DNA of 60,672 bases, the filler included, from Sluysia triapertura (Eukaryota), in assembly GCA_046118255.1 (NCBI GenBank). It is 5 parts of 5 records of this genome, joined end to end, with 100 filler letters (N's around TTAATTAATTAA, not from the genome) between each part and the next. Parts side by side here need not be neighbours in the genome. Positions count along the whole stretch, not along the records: positions 23,927 to 35,108 come from JBJNIA010187756.1; positions 35,209 to 47,719 come from JBJNIA010102323.1; 3 more parts are not named here. One strand, given 5' to 3'. A model generated the notes under the pieces. It did no database searches, was not told the DNA's origin, and saw only the letters and a program-made list of their open reading frames with translations. A program made the position numbers and the translations under genes. Shown here piece by piece: positions 26,700 to 38,576 of this stretch; position 1 is the stretch's first letter; every line of letters starts with the position of its first letter.

Positions 26700-27570
26700 T
26701 TAAATTAAGAGTCATTTAAAATTATTTAAAACTATTTAAAACCATCAAAAAATTAATCAAAATCATATATAACGTCTTAAAACCATTTATTAATCTTTAA
26801 AATTACTTAAAAAAACAATTATTTTCCAAAAAGAAATTTACTTTCCAAAACAGAAATTATTTTTCCTAAAAAGAAAAGAAAATTTCTAAAAAAGAAAATT
26901 AGCTTCTAAAAATTGCGTAGAAGCTTCTAGAATGTTTTAGAATATTCTAGATCATTCCATCGATTTTCATTGGATGATGATTAGTACATAAAATAGCATC
27001 AATACAATGATCGTCGCCATTTTAGAAAATTCAAAATTTTCAAATTCGTGTGTGATTCAAGATAATTGTGAATTTTAGTAATTGTCACAATTTCTGGATA
27101 TTCCTTGATCATTCTCTGGACACTATCAATTTTTGGTAATTTATATATTTTTTAAGGGCTATTTTAATTTTCGAAGTTAAAATCATAAAATATAAGTAAA
27201 ATTCATATCAATTTATAAAGTTTTTTAAGTCTCCGATATATTGAGGGTAAAATATGCTTAAACTCTATTAGCACTAGATTAAACGCTCACGGAGCTTTAA
27301 TCTTTAAATTAATTATTTTTATCTTTGTAAACTATTGTCTTAAGTGATTTGAATTTTTGTATTTTTTAATAAAAGAATTAGAAATTTTGCGTTGTTTAAT
27401 TATTTAATTAATACTATTGAGCGATTATAAGATCCTCTACCATTAATTGTTAGATAGAGACATTACTTTTTAGATGATCTTTTAACTTACTAATTACAGA
27501 AGCTCCAACGATACGTTGTAAGGCGTTTACTGTAACTGGACCCTGTTCAAAAATATTTTGCCGTAGGTTT
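26700..27570 (+). repeat. Dispersed repeat family B segment (promoter/LTR-like, nGAAn array)
   Basis: Inverted homology to 42530-42750 (CATTCCATCGATT, CGCCATTTT), 49120-49260 and 40520-40575 (CGTTTACTGTAACYGGACCCT). Confidence 0.7.
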
Positions 27571-28127
27571 AGTGTTAGAAAAACCACAGCATTACGTTAA
27601 ACGAAAATAAAGATTATAAATCCAAGCAGATAAACTCTGTTAAAGAAATATATCATGTGAATATAATCGAGAATAAGGGTTATCAATCAAAACAGATGAA
27701 AGTTGTCAAAGAGCTATATTATGTAAAGATAAAGAAGAACAAAGGTTATGAATTAAATCACTATGGTACTGTTAATGAACTATATGAAGTAAAGACATAA
27801 AGATACAAACTGTGAATTAAATCAAGTAAACATTAAGAAGGCACCTAGTCATGTAAACTTAAACTGGTACAAACCTGGAATTCAGGTCGTCACGAAGCTA
27901 ATAGACAAATCTATGGTTCATGCCAAAACATTTAATAGTATAATCCCTCTCCAGCAAAAGATAACTGTAAGTGCTCGTGACATCATGCAATTTCTTGGGA
28001 AGTTCACCCTGTGATAAATTACTTAATAATATTTTCCAATAACTATTGTAATAAAAATATGGGAAGAAGTTTTAAAGCGTTTTGTAATAACTTAAATCAC
28101 AAACTTTCAAATAAATTAAAATTTAAG

Positions 28128-28184
28128 CTTTATTATTATTATTATTATTTATTATTATTATTATTATTATCATTATTATTATTA
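28128..28184. repeat. (TTA)n microsatellite
   Basis: Direct inspection. Confidence 0.9.
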
Positions 28185-28429
28185 TTTAAGACCTAATCTT
28201 AAGACTCTTTTAGTTTTAAAAGGCTGAACTTAAGAATTATAAGTTTTGTCAATACTGATCGCAACAGACATAGGTGATTCTATCACATCTCATTAACAGG
28301 TTAAACAATGTTAAAAATAAACTGAATAAATTGAATTACGTGAGAAGTATTAACAGCATTAATTCTATCTGCTTTATCTATCCCCTTTTACAAAATTTTA
28401 ATACTCGCTCATGTTTACGAACCCTATTC

Positions 28430-28800
28430 TATTGCTGGGATTGCCCAACTGTAGATCAGGAGATGAGTAAGAAACATATAGAACTATAAAATCAAGGAAG
28501 AATTGATACAAGTGATGGATTAAAACATTATAAACATTGTTGAAATAAGAATCAGGAAATAGAAAATATTTATAATGATCTTAACAGATAAAGAATATCT
28601 TAAGGTTCCAAAGACTTATATAAGGGTGAGACCTTATGAAAGCTTGAGATGGACTTGAAAAACCTTCAGAAGCATTAAGGTACCTTTGAACTTTAGAACC
28701 TTTAGATCGTTTAAGACCTTAATAACCTTTAAGTATCTTGGAACATCGAAGAGAATTTGAGATCCTTTAGTAATCTTATAAAGTGTTTAAAATCTTTAAA
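28430..28800 (+). repeat. Dispersed repeat, inverted copy at about 50480-50845
   Basis: TGGGATTGCCCAACTGT..GAAACATATAGAACTATAAAAT is shared between the copies. Confidence 0.8.
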
Positions 28801-29078
28801 ATAGTTGAGAAATAAAATCATTGTTATTGGTATTAAGAATAAATCTAGTACAGTAGAAAAAGGAATCGGAGAGGCGAAGATGAAAACATCTAGAGCCTCC
28901 TGAATACCTTATAAATTACTAAATAACTTTAGGATCTTAATAAAACCTTTAAACACAGAATGAGATTAAGTCTAAAAATAGATTAAATAATTAAATATCT
29001 TAATTAGGAAAAAGTACGTTTTTCTGAATAACTTTTGAATGTGGAATGCTATGTTGAATTTGAAACTGTGTATGCATT

Positions 29079-29236
29079 TGTTAGACTTCGTAAAATGGAC
29101 TGACCGGGAATCGAACCCAGGACCATCGTCTGCGCAGTCGATGCTCTACCACTGAGCTATCAGCCCCGCCTAACAATTTCATTTTTAATATATTTAATTA
29201 TACTACTTGGCACTTTTTAGGTCTTTTACCCCAACA
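29079..29236 (-). mobile_element. Solo LTR containing tRNA-Ala-derived sequence; 4-bp TSD CATT
   Basis: TGTT...AACA termini. CATT at 29075-29078 and 29237-29240. Confidence 0.9.
29096..29166 (-). pseudogene. tRNA-Ala(CGC)-derived sequence within LTR
   Basis: GGGCTGA-TA-GCTC-AGTGGTA-GAGC-A-TCGAC-TGCGCAG-ACGAT-GGTC-CTGGG-TTCGATT-CCCGG-TCAGTCC-A, then TTTT. A and B boxes, G3:U70 and CGC at 34-36 are present; the anticodon arm is non-canonical. Confidence 0.75.
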
Positions 29237-29249
29237 CATTTATTTTAAA

Positions 29250-29800
29250 AAGACTTTTCGATGAAGATATGGTTTGACCAAGTTCATGCAAGGAAAGCCT
29301 TATATTGAGCAAATTCAAAATTTAATTAATTCTTAATTATGGAATGTTGAATTTTTAAAACTTAGAGTGATGCAAATATGATAAATGGAATATGAGATGA
29401 TTGCTATGAAAGAGGAGAATCTAGAAGTGAGTTTGAAATGTTTGTAGAGTGGTTTATTTGAGAATAAGAAGCTTAACATTTTGGTGTGAAAAACCAAAAA
29501 TTAATTAAATTCTTTAAACGAAAATTAAATTCATTATTTTTTATGTACGTTAACAATAATGATGATTGTTTATTAATAAAAAAATTTAATTTAAGTAAAA
29601 GTGGATTGAGTAGAGTAAAGGAAAATAATACATAATCTTAAATAAATTTTCTGCTTTTTGTATCTAATAAATTCTCAAAGAATGTTGCAGTGGTTTGCTT
29701 GAGAGAATGTTTAATCCAAAAATTAGGAATGATTGGATGATGAGAGATATAAAAAGGAATACCAAAACTTTTACCTCAGAACAGTAACATCAATTAATAA
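29250..29800 (+). repeat. Dispersed repeat family A, copy 2 (coding-like)
   Basis: Shares TTTGACCAAGTTCATGCAAGGAAA with the reverse complement of 33705-33728. Translates as WFDQVHARK..DDCYERGESRSEFEMFVEWF. Confidence 0.75.
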
Positions 29801-30719
29801 TGCAAATGAGAAGATCCATGATTTAAGTAATTTTTGAATTTATTTTATAATTAAAAATAATATTGTTTTGGTGGATTTTAGTAAAATAGTTTTTGTTGTT
29901 GTGTTGTTCTTTGGAAATTTATATTTGATTATTATTAAAGAATAATCGTGAATAATAATTAATTTTTTTCTTAGTGTTGCGTAACCTCTGGTTTCTTTAG
30001 ATGGATTGTTTTATCCTTGATACTATTATAAACGTTATTGTTAATTTCGTCATTTTAGTCATTTTTAGTATTGTTTAGTGGAGATTTATAGTAATAATAA
30101 TTTGTATTTGATCTTTCTTTAACCAATAAATTATTGTGTTGTTGTTATTGATTTGATTTTCAAGAGCTTAATTTTGGGGTGAATAATTTTGAACATTATT
30201 ATAATCAAAACTCAATATACTTGATAAAACATAAATAATTAATATCATTATGTAACTCACCTAATAATTTTACTTCGTCTTCCTCAGTTCTTTGTGTATT
30301 AAACGAATGTATTTTAATATTCATTTCGATATTTCTGGCAATTGCCTTCTCAAATAATATCTGTTCTAATAGTGTCGTCACCATTCGAATTTCAATCAAA
30401 TACATGTTTACTCATTTGAAAATTCTTTTTCTTGCATGCAAGGCTGTTAAATTGTAGTACAAAATAAAACAAACTTCAATCATAAAAGTGATGCTAAATT
30501 GGAATTACAAAATGATGGTAAATTGTTACATAACAATTTGTTGGGATTAGTTAAGGATAAGGAGGAACATGATTAATATTTTATTATTAACATCTATTAT
30601 TTGTTAAAAATTTAATTTGTTTAATTAATTTTAATTAAAAAAATTTATTAATTATATTTCCTACATTCATGTACATTTTTTATTTTTAATCTTTAACAAT
30701 TTGAATCAAAGCAAAAGAC

Positions 30720-31372
30720 ATGAACCCGTTATAAGGTATATTTCTTAAAATAGTAAAATATTTGGTAAGTTAATTAAAAAATATTTGCTCATGACGCAGT
30801 AATATTAGAATTAGTGTATAATGACGAGTTTTATTAGTATTTTTAATGCTGAAGTGTTGCGATGCAGATCGACGTAGATAACTTAAAAATTAGTCATTTT
30901 AGTTAAGTTTTATAATCTAAATTTAGAGTTATAATCTAAAATTAGAGTTGTGATGTTTAAATATAAGTAAAGTATATACTAAGATACATATTCATTAAGC
31001 ATATATTCATTAAGATACAAATTCAACTCGACTTGCGACGTACGGTTGACGTATAACGTATTACAAAAACGATAAATTTGGTATTTCATTAATTCTATCC
31101 TAAATTAATAAATTTCGTTGATGATAGAATATTCATGCAATAACGATATTAAATTTTGATTTAGTTATGTTGAAAAGGTAAAGGGTTGTTTATCACAAAT
31201 CCAATTGTATCTGGGTAATTATAAAAGATAATGAAATTGGACATAAACGGAAATTACTGTTAAAATTTAATCATTAAAATTGGTCGGCTTCTGACCGACC
31301 AAAAAGAAAAGATAATTAATTAAGTAATTACTTCCAATATCCTAAATGATGGTCAAACTGCTACATAAATAG
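30720..31372. repeat. Dispersed repeat family C, direct copy at about 36995-37655
   Basis: Shared blocks GAACCCGTTATAAGGT, TTTGCTCATGA, TTATGTTGAAAAG, TTAAAATTGGTCGGCTT and a TATA-like end. Confidence 0.85.
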
Positions 31373-33069
31373 TCATATAGAATAGAATAGAATAATATAA
31401 AATATAACAGAAAAATATAAAATAGAATATAAAATAATAAGAATGTGAAATGGAACCTAGCATAATTAATTATCCAGAAGGAAATCAATGGATTAAATAG
31501 AATTATAAAAATACGAAATATAAGTAAAACAGAAATAGAAAACAAGCATCAGCTACACAAACTCACAGATAATACGCAAATTAATTACATGGCCACGTAA
31601 TCACAAAATACATAATCAACAAAACATAACTATTACACTCTTGGTTATTAGTGCACCTAAACCTTCCAGTATTATTTACGTAAGTCTCTTTCATTTACAT
31701 TCTCCGAATCAAAATTTCGGTTCCACGGATTTGACTTTCGAATATATAATATGATTTGATATTGTAAATATGGTAAAAGGAAAATCAAAATAAAATAAGT
31801 ACCACTTAAATATCTTCATTATCAATACAAAAATCAATACTCGCATTATTCATAAGAATCTACAAAATGTGCTTGTAACATACATAAAGCCATTAAACTT
31901 ACATTAGCTAAACTATATCTGTAAATAATGTAAATCTAAAAGAAATTTTTGTAAATAATGTAAATTTAAATGAAAAATGTAAAAAATAAATTGATTTACT
32001 GAAAATTTGTAATTAAAAATGTATCTAAAAAATAAATTATTATGAAAATTATCAATTAATTTAAGTTTAAAGTTTGAAATATTAAAAAAGGAAGTTAAAT
32101 TATTTGATTGACCTAAAAGTATAATATTTATTAAGAAAACTGAAATTTATAAATCATTTATTTACATTATTAATGGACTTATTTCGATTAAATGTTTGTT
32201 TCGTCAAAACTTAAACATTCACTAATTCGTTTATATTATTATGTCAATATTATTCATTAAAATAAGCAAATTATTTATTATTGGCAAAAAATGGTATAAA
32301 AAGTTTAACATTGTAACGACGTTAATAACAACTAAAGATTATTCTCGGTAAATGTTTGGAATTGTCAAGTGACCAGTACATATTCTTGTGGAATTGTCAA
32401 TATTTTATCGAAGTCGTACATATTTAATTGAAATTCTTCAATACTAAATTGATCGGTGAAAGTCCTTTAGTGGAATCATCAGTGATCTATATTACCAATT
32501 GATCGAAACCATTCATATTGAAGAATCATAATATCAAGAATTTTAATGAATAAGTTTGATATTTTTTGTTAAGATTTGGCATTAATATTTTGTCTTTGGC
32601 ATTCGCCTGAGTCAAAATCTTAATTAAAATACGAAGTTTATTTTTATCCAGAAGAAATTCTGAGTTTTTACACATGTATCTATACATCATTGTAATCTGT
32701 TGCACAATTTATAATTTTGTTTATTTGTGAAAGAATAGATAATTGTTTCGAAGTTTTTGCGTTGTAAATTTGGACATAGTAATAACCAATTTTGTAATTA
32801 AATTTTGATCGATTAATTTCTGAGTAATTATTAAGTTCTAAAACTCATTAAGTTAAAATGACAAAAGTGTCATATATATATTGACAAGTAACAAATTAAC
32901 TCGAATAAATTAGCGACTAAGAAGTTATTGAAAAATATCACGAGTACTGCATCCAAGTAGTAAGGAATTATTTACGTAGCATTTTTCACCAAAAATCATG
33001 TGAGTACATCTTTCACGTAATATAAACCGTGCATCACAGGCGAACACGTAAGTTTAATAATCTTATAAT

Positions 33070-33752
33070 TCTTTCAAACTCAGAAAAGTTGAACATATCA
33101 TTGGAATCGAATTAAAAGAGGTTTCTCAATTTATAAATTAATTTTACTTAAAATATAATAAAATAGTATTAAAATAAAAATTGAAATGTTGCTCAATGTT
33201 TGGAACAAGGATTGATGGGATACTTTCTCATTGTCCAATCACTCTTTAGTTTCGTAATAAAACAACTTACACAAATAATCCGAATTTCCTTTTACAGTCG
33301 AGCCAACAATTACAGCTCTGACTTGTCCGACTTAATTAAGTACACAACACAAAAGCTTAATAAATGACCAATCATTACTTTCCTCTACTCTATACGGCGT
33401 ATTTCCTTCTAGATTATTTCTCGAAATAAAAAGAAAAATCACTAATATTTCCGAAAATAAAAAAATAATGAATTTAACTTTAGTTTTTATTATTCATTTT
33501 TCAGTTATTTTTTCTCAGTTTTCTAATGGAAAATATTTAATGTACTTATCAAAGAAATAATTTTACAAACTTCTCAAATTTATTTCTTCTCTTTCATATC
33601 AATTATATGTATTCAATTTATTATCCTTTCAGCATTACTATTATGAAAAATTGATAATTAATTAATTGAGAATCAATTAAAATTTTACTTTGCTCTTTTA
33701 AGATTTTCCTTGCATGAACTTGGTCAAATCATAATCCTGTCGAAAAATCTCA
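33070..33752 (-). repeat. Dispersed repeat family A, copy 3 (possible SF3 helicase remnant)
   Basis: Inverted homology to 29250-29760. Fragments FIKLLCCVLN..AVIVGSTVKGNS, LFQTLSNISIFIL, KPLLI-SND. Confidence 0.55.
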
Positions 33753-35033
33753 GAAAACCAAAATCATGAATACTTACAGCTTAATCACATCATTTAGAAA
33801 TATTTCTAAAAATTATTTTTCCTTAGTTAAGTTAATTAAGATTTTTATTCGTCGTTGATTTGATAATTGTTAAATTTAGTCAGATCATCGTGAACTATAA
33901 AATAATCAATACAGAATTTATCGACGCTATTAAAATAGTCAAAATGAAACTTAAAGTGCTTATAAAATGAACATAGCGAATTATAATTATAAAACAAATT
34001 ATAAAACAAATTATAATTACAATTTAGAAATATTTCGAAAATGAAATTAGAAAATTATATTATTGAGTGCCAAAAAAATACAAGAAATGTTTTTTGATTT
34101 TATTAAAACCGATATTAATTATTTTTATTTTAGAAGTCTCTAACACTCTATCAGATAAATATTTCGCATAATCATTACACAATGATTTTTAAAGAGTTGT
34201 TTCAGATTCATTTGGAAATAGCCAATATTAAACAAATTAAACAAATCATGTAAATCTGTGGTAGATCAATTCAAAATATTGTGTTTTTTTAAAGACTACA
34301 TTAAACAATTAAATCATAAATCATAACAAAATAACAAAATCTTCAATCTTAATCATTTCATTTTACAACATGATTATACACTCAACTTTTAACTGTGTTC
34401 TTAGATATTATATTATTTGCTGTAAACATCACTAAATTACTTAATACACATCGTTACTCGTGAAAACTTTTTGGTTTTAAACATGCCAATTAAAAGATCA
34501 AATTTAAACACACCGTGTTTCACATAACCTTATATTCAATTTCAGTATTACTTTCAATAGAAAATTCCACAAAAAATACATATAATCAATCTCAGTTTAT
34601 ATTAATCTTAATTCAAACATTAACATAAGAAAATTTCATATTTTGCAAAAAATGTCTTTACGTAACATTGAAAAATAACATTTCACAACATCTACAATCT
34701 TCATCAATAGCGATTTTCACGAACAACCGACAATACATTATTTAGAATCATCATCATATTCACCAACAGGGTACATACTTATTCTACCTTTTATTCGATA
34801 CTAAGTTATGTGGTCTGAAATAAATGAAGTAGGTATTCGTGTTTGTTCTTAATATAAATTTCTTTTCAATAAATATTGACAAATTTCGCTAAATCATAAT
34901 CTATTTAGCGAAATAAAATTATTCCTCAATCTAGTCAATATTAAATGTTAAATGGCGCAATTAGAAATTTCTGAAATTTAGAAAATTATTGGTACCGAAC
35001 TTCAAACACTAATTACCTTGCAGAAAAATCTGA

Positions 35034-35034
<1 letters not shown>

Positions 35035-35108
<74 letters not shown>
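35035..35108. repeat. (AAC)n(AAT)n microsatellite
   Basis: Direct inspection; abuts the gap. Confidence 0.95.
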
Positions 35109-35208
35109 NNNNNNNNNNNNNNNNNNNNNNNNNNNNNNNNNNNNNNNNNNNNTTAATTAATTAANNNNNNNNNNNNNNNNNNNNNNNNNNNNNNNNNNNN
35201 NNNNNNNN
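35109..35208. other. Assembly gap with artificial spacer
   Basis: N44-TTAATTAATTAA-N44. Confidence 0.97.
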
Positions 35209-36390
35209 TAACCGAACCGCAAACTTAAATAAAAATTAGATATGAAAAACAACAAATGCAATTTTTTATTTTGTCATTTTATGTTATCTTCGCTACTATT
35301 CATTCCCTTCTGCAAATAGTAGTTTTTGTTGCGTGATCTTATTGATTTTGTTCTGCCGTCATTGCTTGATTTTTATTCATTGTGTGCTTCTGGACCCTCA
35401 TTATTAAAAATTCAGCGAAAGACTTTAGATTTAAACGAACATATCTTTGTTATTAAGAATTACTATTCAAGAACTAGCTACAAGAATGGTGAATAAAGAT
35501 GGCAAGCAAACTTCAGAACACCTATATCGAGCAGGTCGACAATGTTCAATCTTGAAGTAACTGGAAGTGTGTCAGATGTTCCTTAAGAAGGTCGTCCGAA
35601 AACAGTTCGTTCACCTAAAAACAGGAATACAGTGGCATTTGTTCATTCTCCTAGAAAATCTACCCGCCAGGTATCGAAAGAGCTCAACATTTCTCGAACC
35701 TCACTCCACCATATCTTGCATGACTTTGGTCTAAAACCACAGATATCTCATCTTCTTCATGCCCTAAATGAGGATGACCCGGATAAACGATTAGAATTTT
35801 GTTAGAATTTTATATAATTTTGTGAAGAATCACCAGATTTTCCAGTTTGGATCGTATGGAATATTTATTGGGACAGTGAGAATCCCCATCGTATTATTGA
35901 AAAGAAAGTCACAGTCTGGGGTTGAATCGGCAGCACTGGCCTAGTTGGTCCATTCTTCTTTGAAGGAAGTGTTAATTGTGAACGTTATCTTGATATGCTG
36001 AAGACTAAAGTGTTTCTATTGTTAATGAGTTCTCCCTAAGATGTTCGACAATGGCTTATTGAAAAATTTCTTGAACGTTGGATTGGACGCCAAGGATTCT
36101 AAGAGATCCCCGGATCCGACATCGCATCATTTTTTCTACGGGGATTTCTAAAGGAAGCAGATTATACTAAAAAGCCCAGGACAATTAATCAACTAAAACA
36201 AAGTATTCAGCACGAATGGAACAAAATTTCAGAGAAAAATTGCCAGAAAGTACGTGTCAGTGTTGACAAAAGATGTCTCGCTTGTATTGAAGTTCAAGAT
36301 GGACATTCTCAAAATTTGTAAATACTAAATATACCTATTAAATTTGTATTTTTGATACCTAATTTTTATTTTTTTGCGGTTCATTTACAT
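35209..36390 (+). mobile_element. Tc1/mariner DD41D (rosa/VS)-type element with pseudogenised transposase (about 35430-36321)
   Basis: TGSVSDVP*EGRPKTVRS, SPRKSTRQVSKELNISRTS, LNEDDPDKRLEF, WDSENPH, KVTVWG, GPFFFEGSVNCERYLDML, RWIGR, FFLRGFLKE, RCLACIEVQDGHSQNL*. About 45-bp inverted repeats (GAACCGCAAA..AATAAAAATTAG) at both ends, followed by (TA)n. Confidence 0.9.
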
Positions 36391-36994
36391 ATATATATAT
36401 ATATATATATTCTTATTAAACTTAAGAAGGCTTGTCATAAAACTAAGAAATTATTCAAGATTTGTTTGAATGAATTTTGAACTGCGTTCTTAAAATGATA
36501 TGGTCCTAACAATATTTTGATTTTATGTTTTTTAAAACCTTAGATCTCTTAACTGGGAATAGAATTTCATGCCAAGCAGCCCGTATATCATCATTAGTAT
36601 TTATCATTACCAGAATAAGAACTATTTTTTGTTTCTAAAAATTTCAATTTATCTCTTAATACTTTCAAACTTATAACTTCGCATGTCTTACTTGACTTCT
36701 GTGGTAAGGAAATCCATAAATTTTAATTTATCCTAAATTCAGATATCGTGACATTCAAGCAGTGCATACTTTTAGGTTTAATTTTATTATTGGGTAATAA
36801 CATTCATGTAACCTGTTCAAGGTGTGTGTTGAGTTTGGTTAAAGATGAAAAGAAACACAAGAGTTATAACTCGTGGTGTGAAAATAAAGTAGGTAATATT
36901 GAGAGATTAAGATAATGCATTGAGATGAATTGTGATAACAAAAGAAATGTTTAAAATATTTAAATCAAAACAAAATAATGAAAGATACGAAGAA

Positions 36995-37655
36995 AGAACC
37001 CGTTATAAGGTCTTACTTGTTAAAATATTAAAGTACATTTGTTAATTAATTTAATTAAAATTTGTCTAATTTGATAATATAGTGAAAAATGTTTGCTCAT
37101 GATAAAATAACATTAGAATTAATGTATAGTGCTGAATTTTATTAGTATTCATAATGTTGAAGTGTTACGAAATATGTCTACACAGATAACGTAAAAAATT
37201 GGTTTTTGTAATTAATTAGTTTTTATAATCTAAAACTAAATTTATGTATGTTATAATGTTTAAGTATCTATCAAATTGATGCTTATCTAACATGTTATTG
37301 AAATTGACGCATAACCTATTCTATAAAAGATTTCTGTGGGAAAGTAATTTAGTTTTTGATTAGTTTTAACTTTATTTTAAGTTGATAAGTTGTGTTAATA
37401 ATAGAATATTAATGTAATAACGATGTTAAATTTTAATTTAATTATGTTGAAAAGATATGGGATTATTTACCACAAATCCTATTATCTTTGGACAATTGTA
37501 GGAGACAATGTTATTAAAAACCGACGGAAATTACTATTGAAATTTAATTATTAAAATTGGTCGGCTTATGACTGAGTGAAAAGAATGAATAATTTTATAA
37601 GTAATTATTTCCCATTTTTAATACCCTAAGCGATTACCAAACCGCTATATAAACA
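36995..37655. repeat. Dispersed repeat family C, copy 2
   Basis: Colinear with 30720-31372. Confidence 0.85.
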
Positions 37656-38419
37656 AGAGCATTTTTGTCATAAAATCAGAATAAGAATATTTGAACTAGA
37701 GAGAAAATTTGTTATCCAAAACTTTTTCTCAATTATGGACACTGCTTCAACGCATTTGTTATAAACACTGTGACAGACACTGCGACTTATCTTCTTCAAT
37801 TGATTAAACTTCAGAAACAGTAGTTTTATTGTTAAGTTACTTACGTTATTCTTATTTTATTAGTTTTATCGCATTGGATTTTATAGATTTAGTAATTTAT
37901 AGTTGTTGAATTTATATAGAATTTAATGTAGTAAAAAACAGCTGAATTTTTAAAGAACTGTTGAATTTATATATTAGAGTATATTGTTATAATTGACAAT
38001 TTAATGTAATAATTGCGAATATATTGAGATTTCGTATTAATTTAATTATTGAGTTATTTTCTGAATAAAGACACAACATGTGTCAACCAAACTATTGAAA
38101 TCAATATCAAAAATGCCATGAATGATTTAGTATTCATGTTGTTGTTAGACGAAAAACGTATTAGCGTAGAACGTCGAAAAGTTCGACAACCACGTGCAAA
38201 TAATGTACATTCGATTTTGAGTGTTCGTCACAATTCAAGTAATGCCCACCTATTCGAGATATTTTTATTATTGCACTATCTTCATTTATATATAATGTTT
38301 TTGTTTTGTACTTTGTTGTGGATAAACCTAAATTCAGGCTATCTAAATTCTAAAACTAAATTACAAATTAATTTTAAAGAATCAAATGATCAAATGAAAT
38401 TTAGTTTTGCTACTATGAT

Positions 38420-38576
38420 TGTTAGACTTCGTAAAATGGACTGATCGGGGATCGAACCCGGGACCTTCGCTGCGCAGTTCGAATGCTCTACCACTGAGTT
38501 ATCCGCCCCGTCTAACGATTCTATTTTATTATAGTCAATTTTACCAAATGGCACTTTAGGCCTTTTTAACCCAACA
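38420..38576 (-). mobile_element. Solo LTR containing tRNA-Ala-derived sequence (38437-38508); 4-bp TSD TGAT
   Basis: TGTT...AACA termini. TGAT at 38416-38419 and 38577-38580. B box GGTTCGATCCC. Confidence 0.9.

Noticed and set aside
29096-29166. Functional tRNA gene or ordinary tRNA-SINE
   Set aside because: The anticodon arm is non-canonical, and copies share flanks on both sides with TG...CA ends and 4-bp TSDs but no tail.
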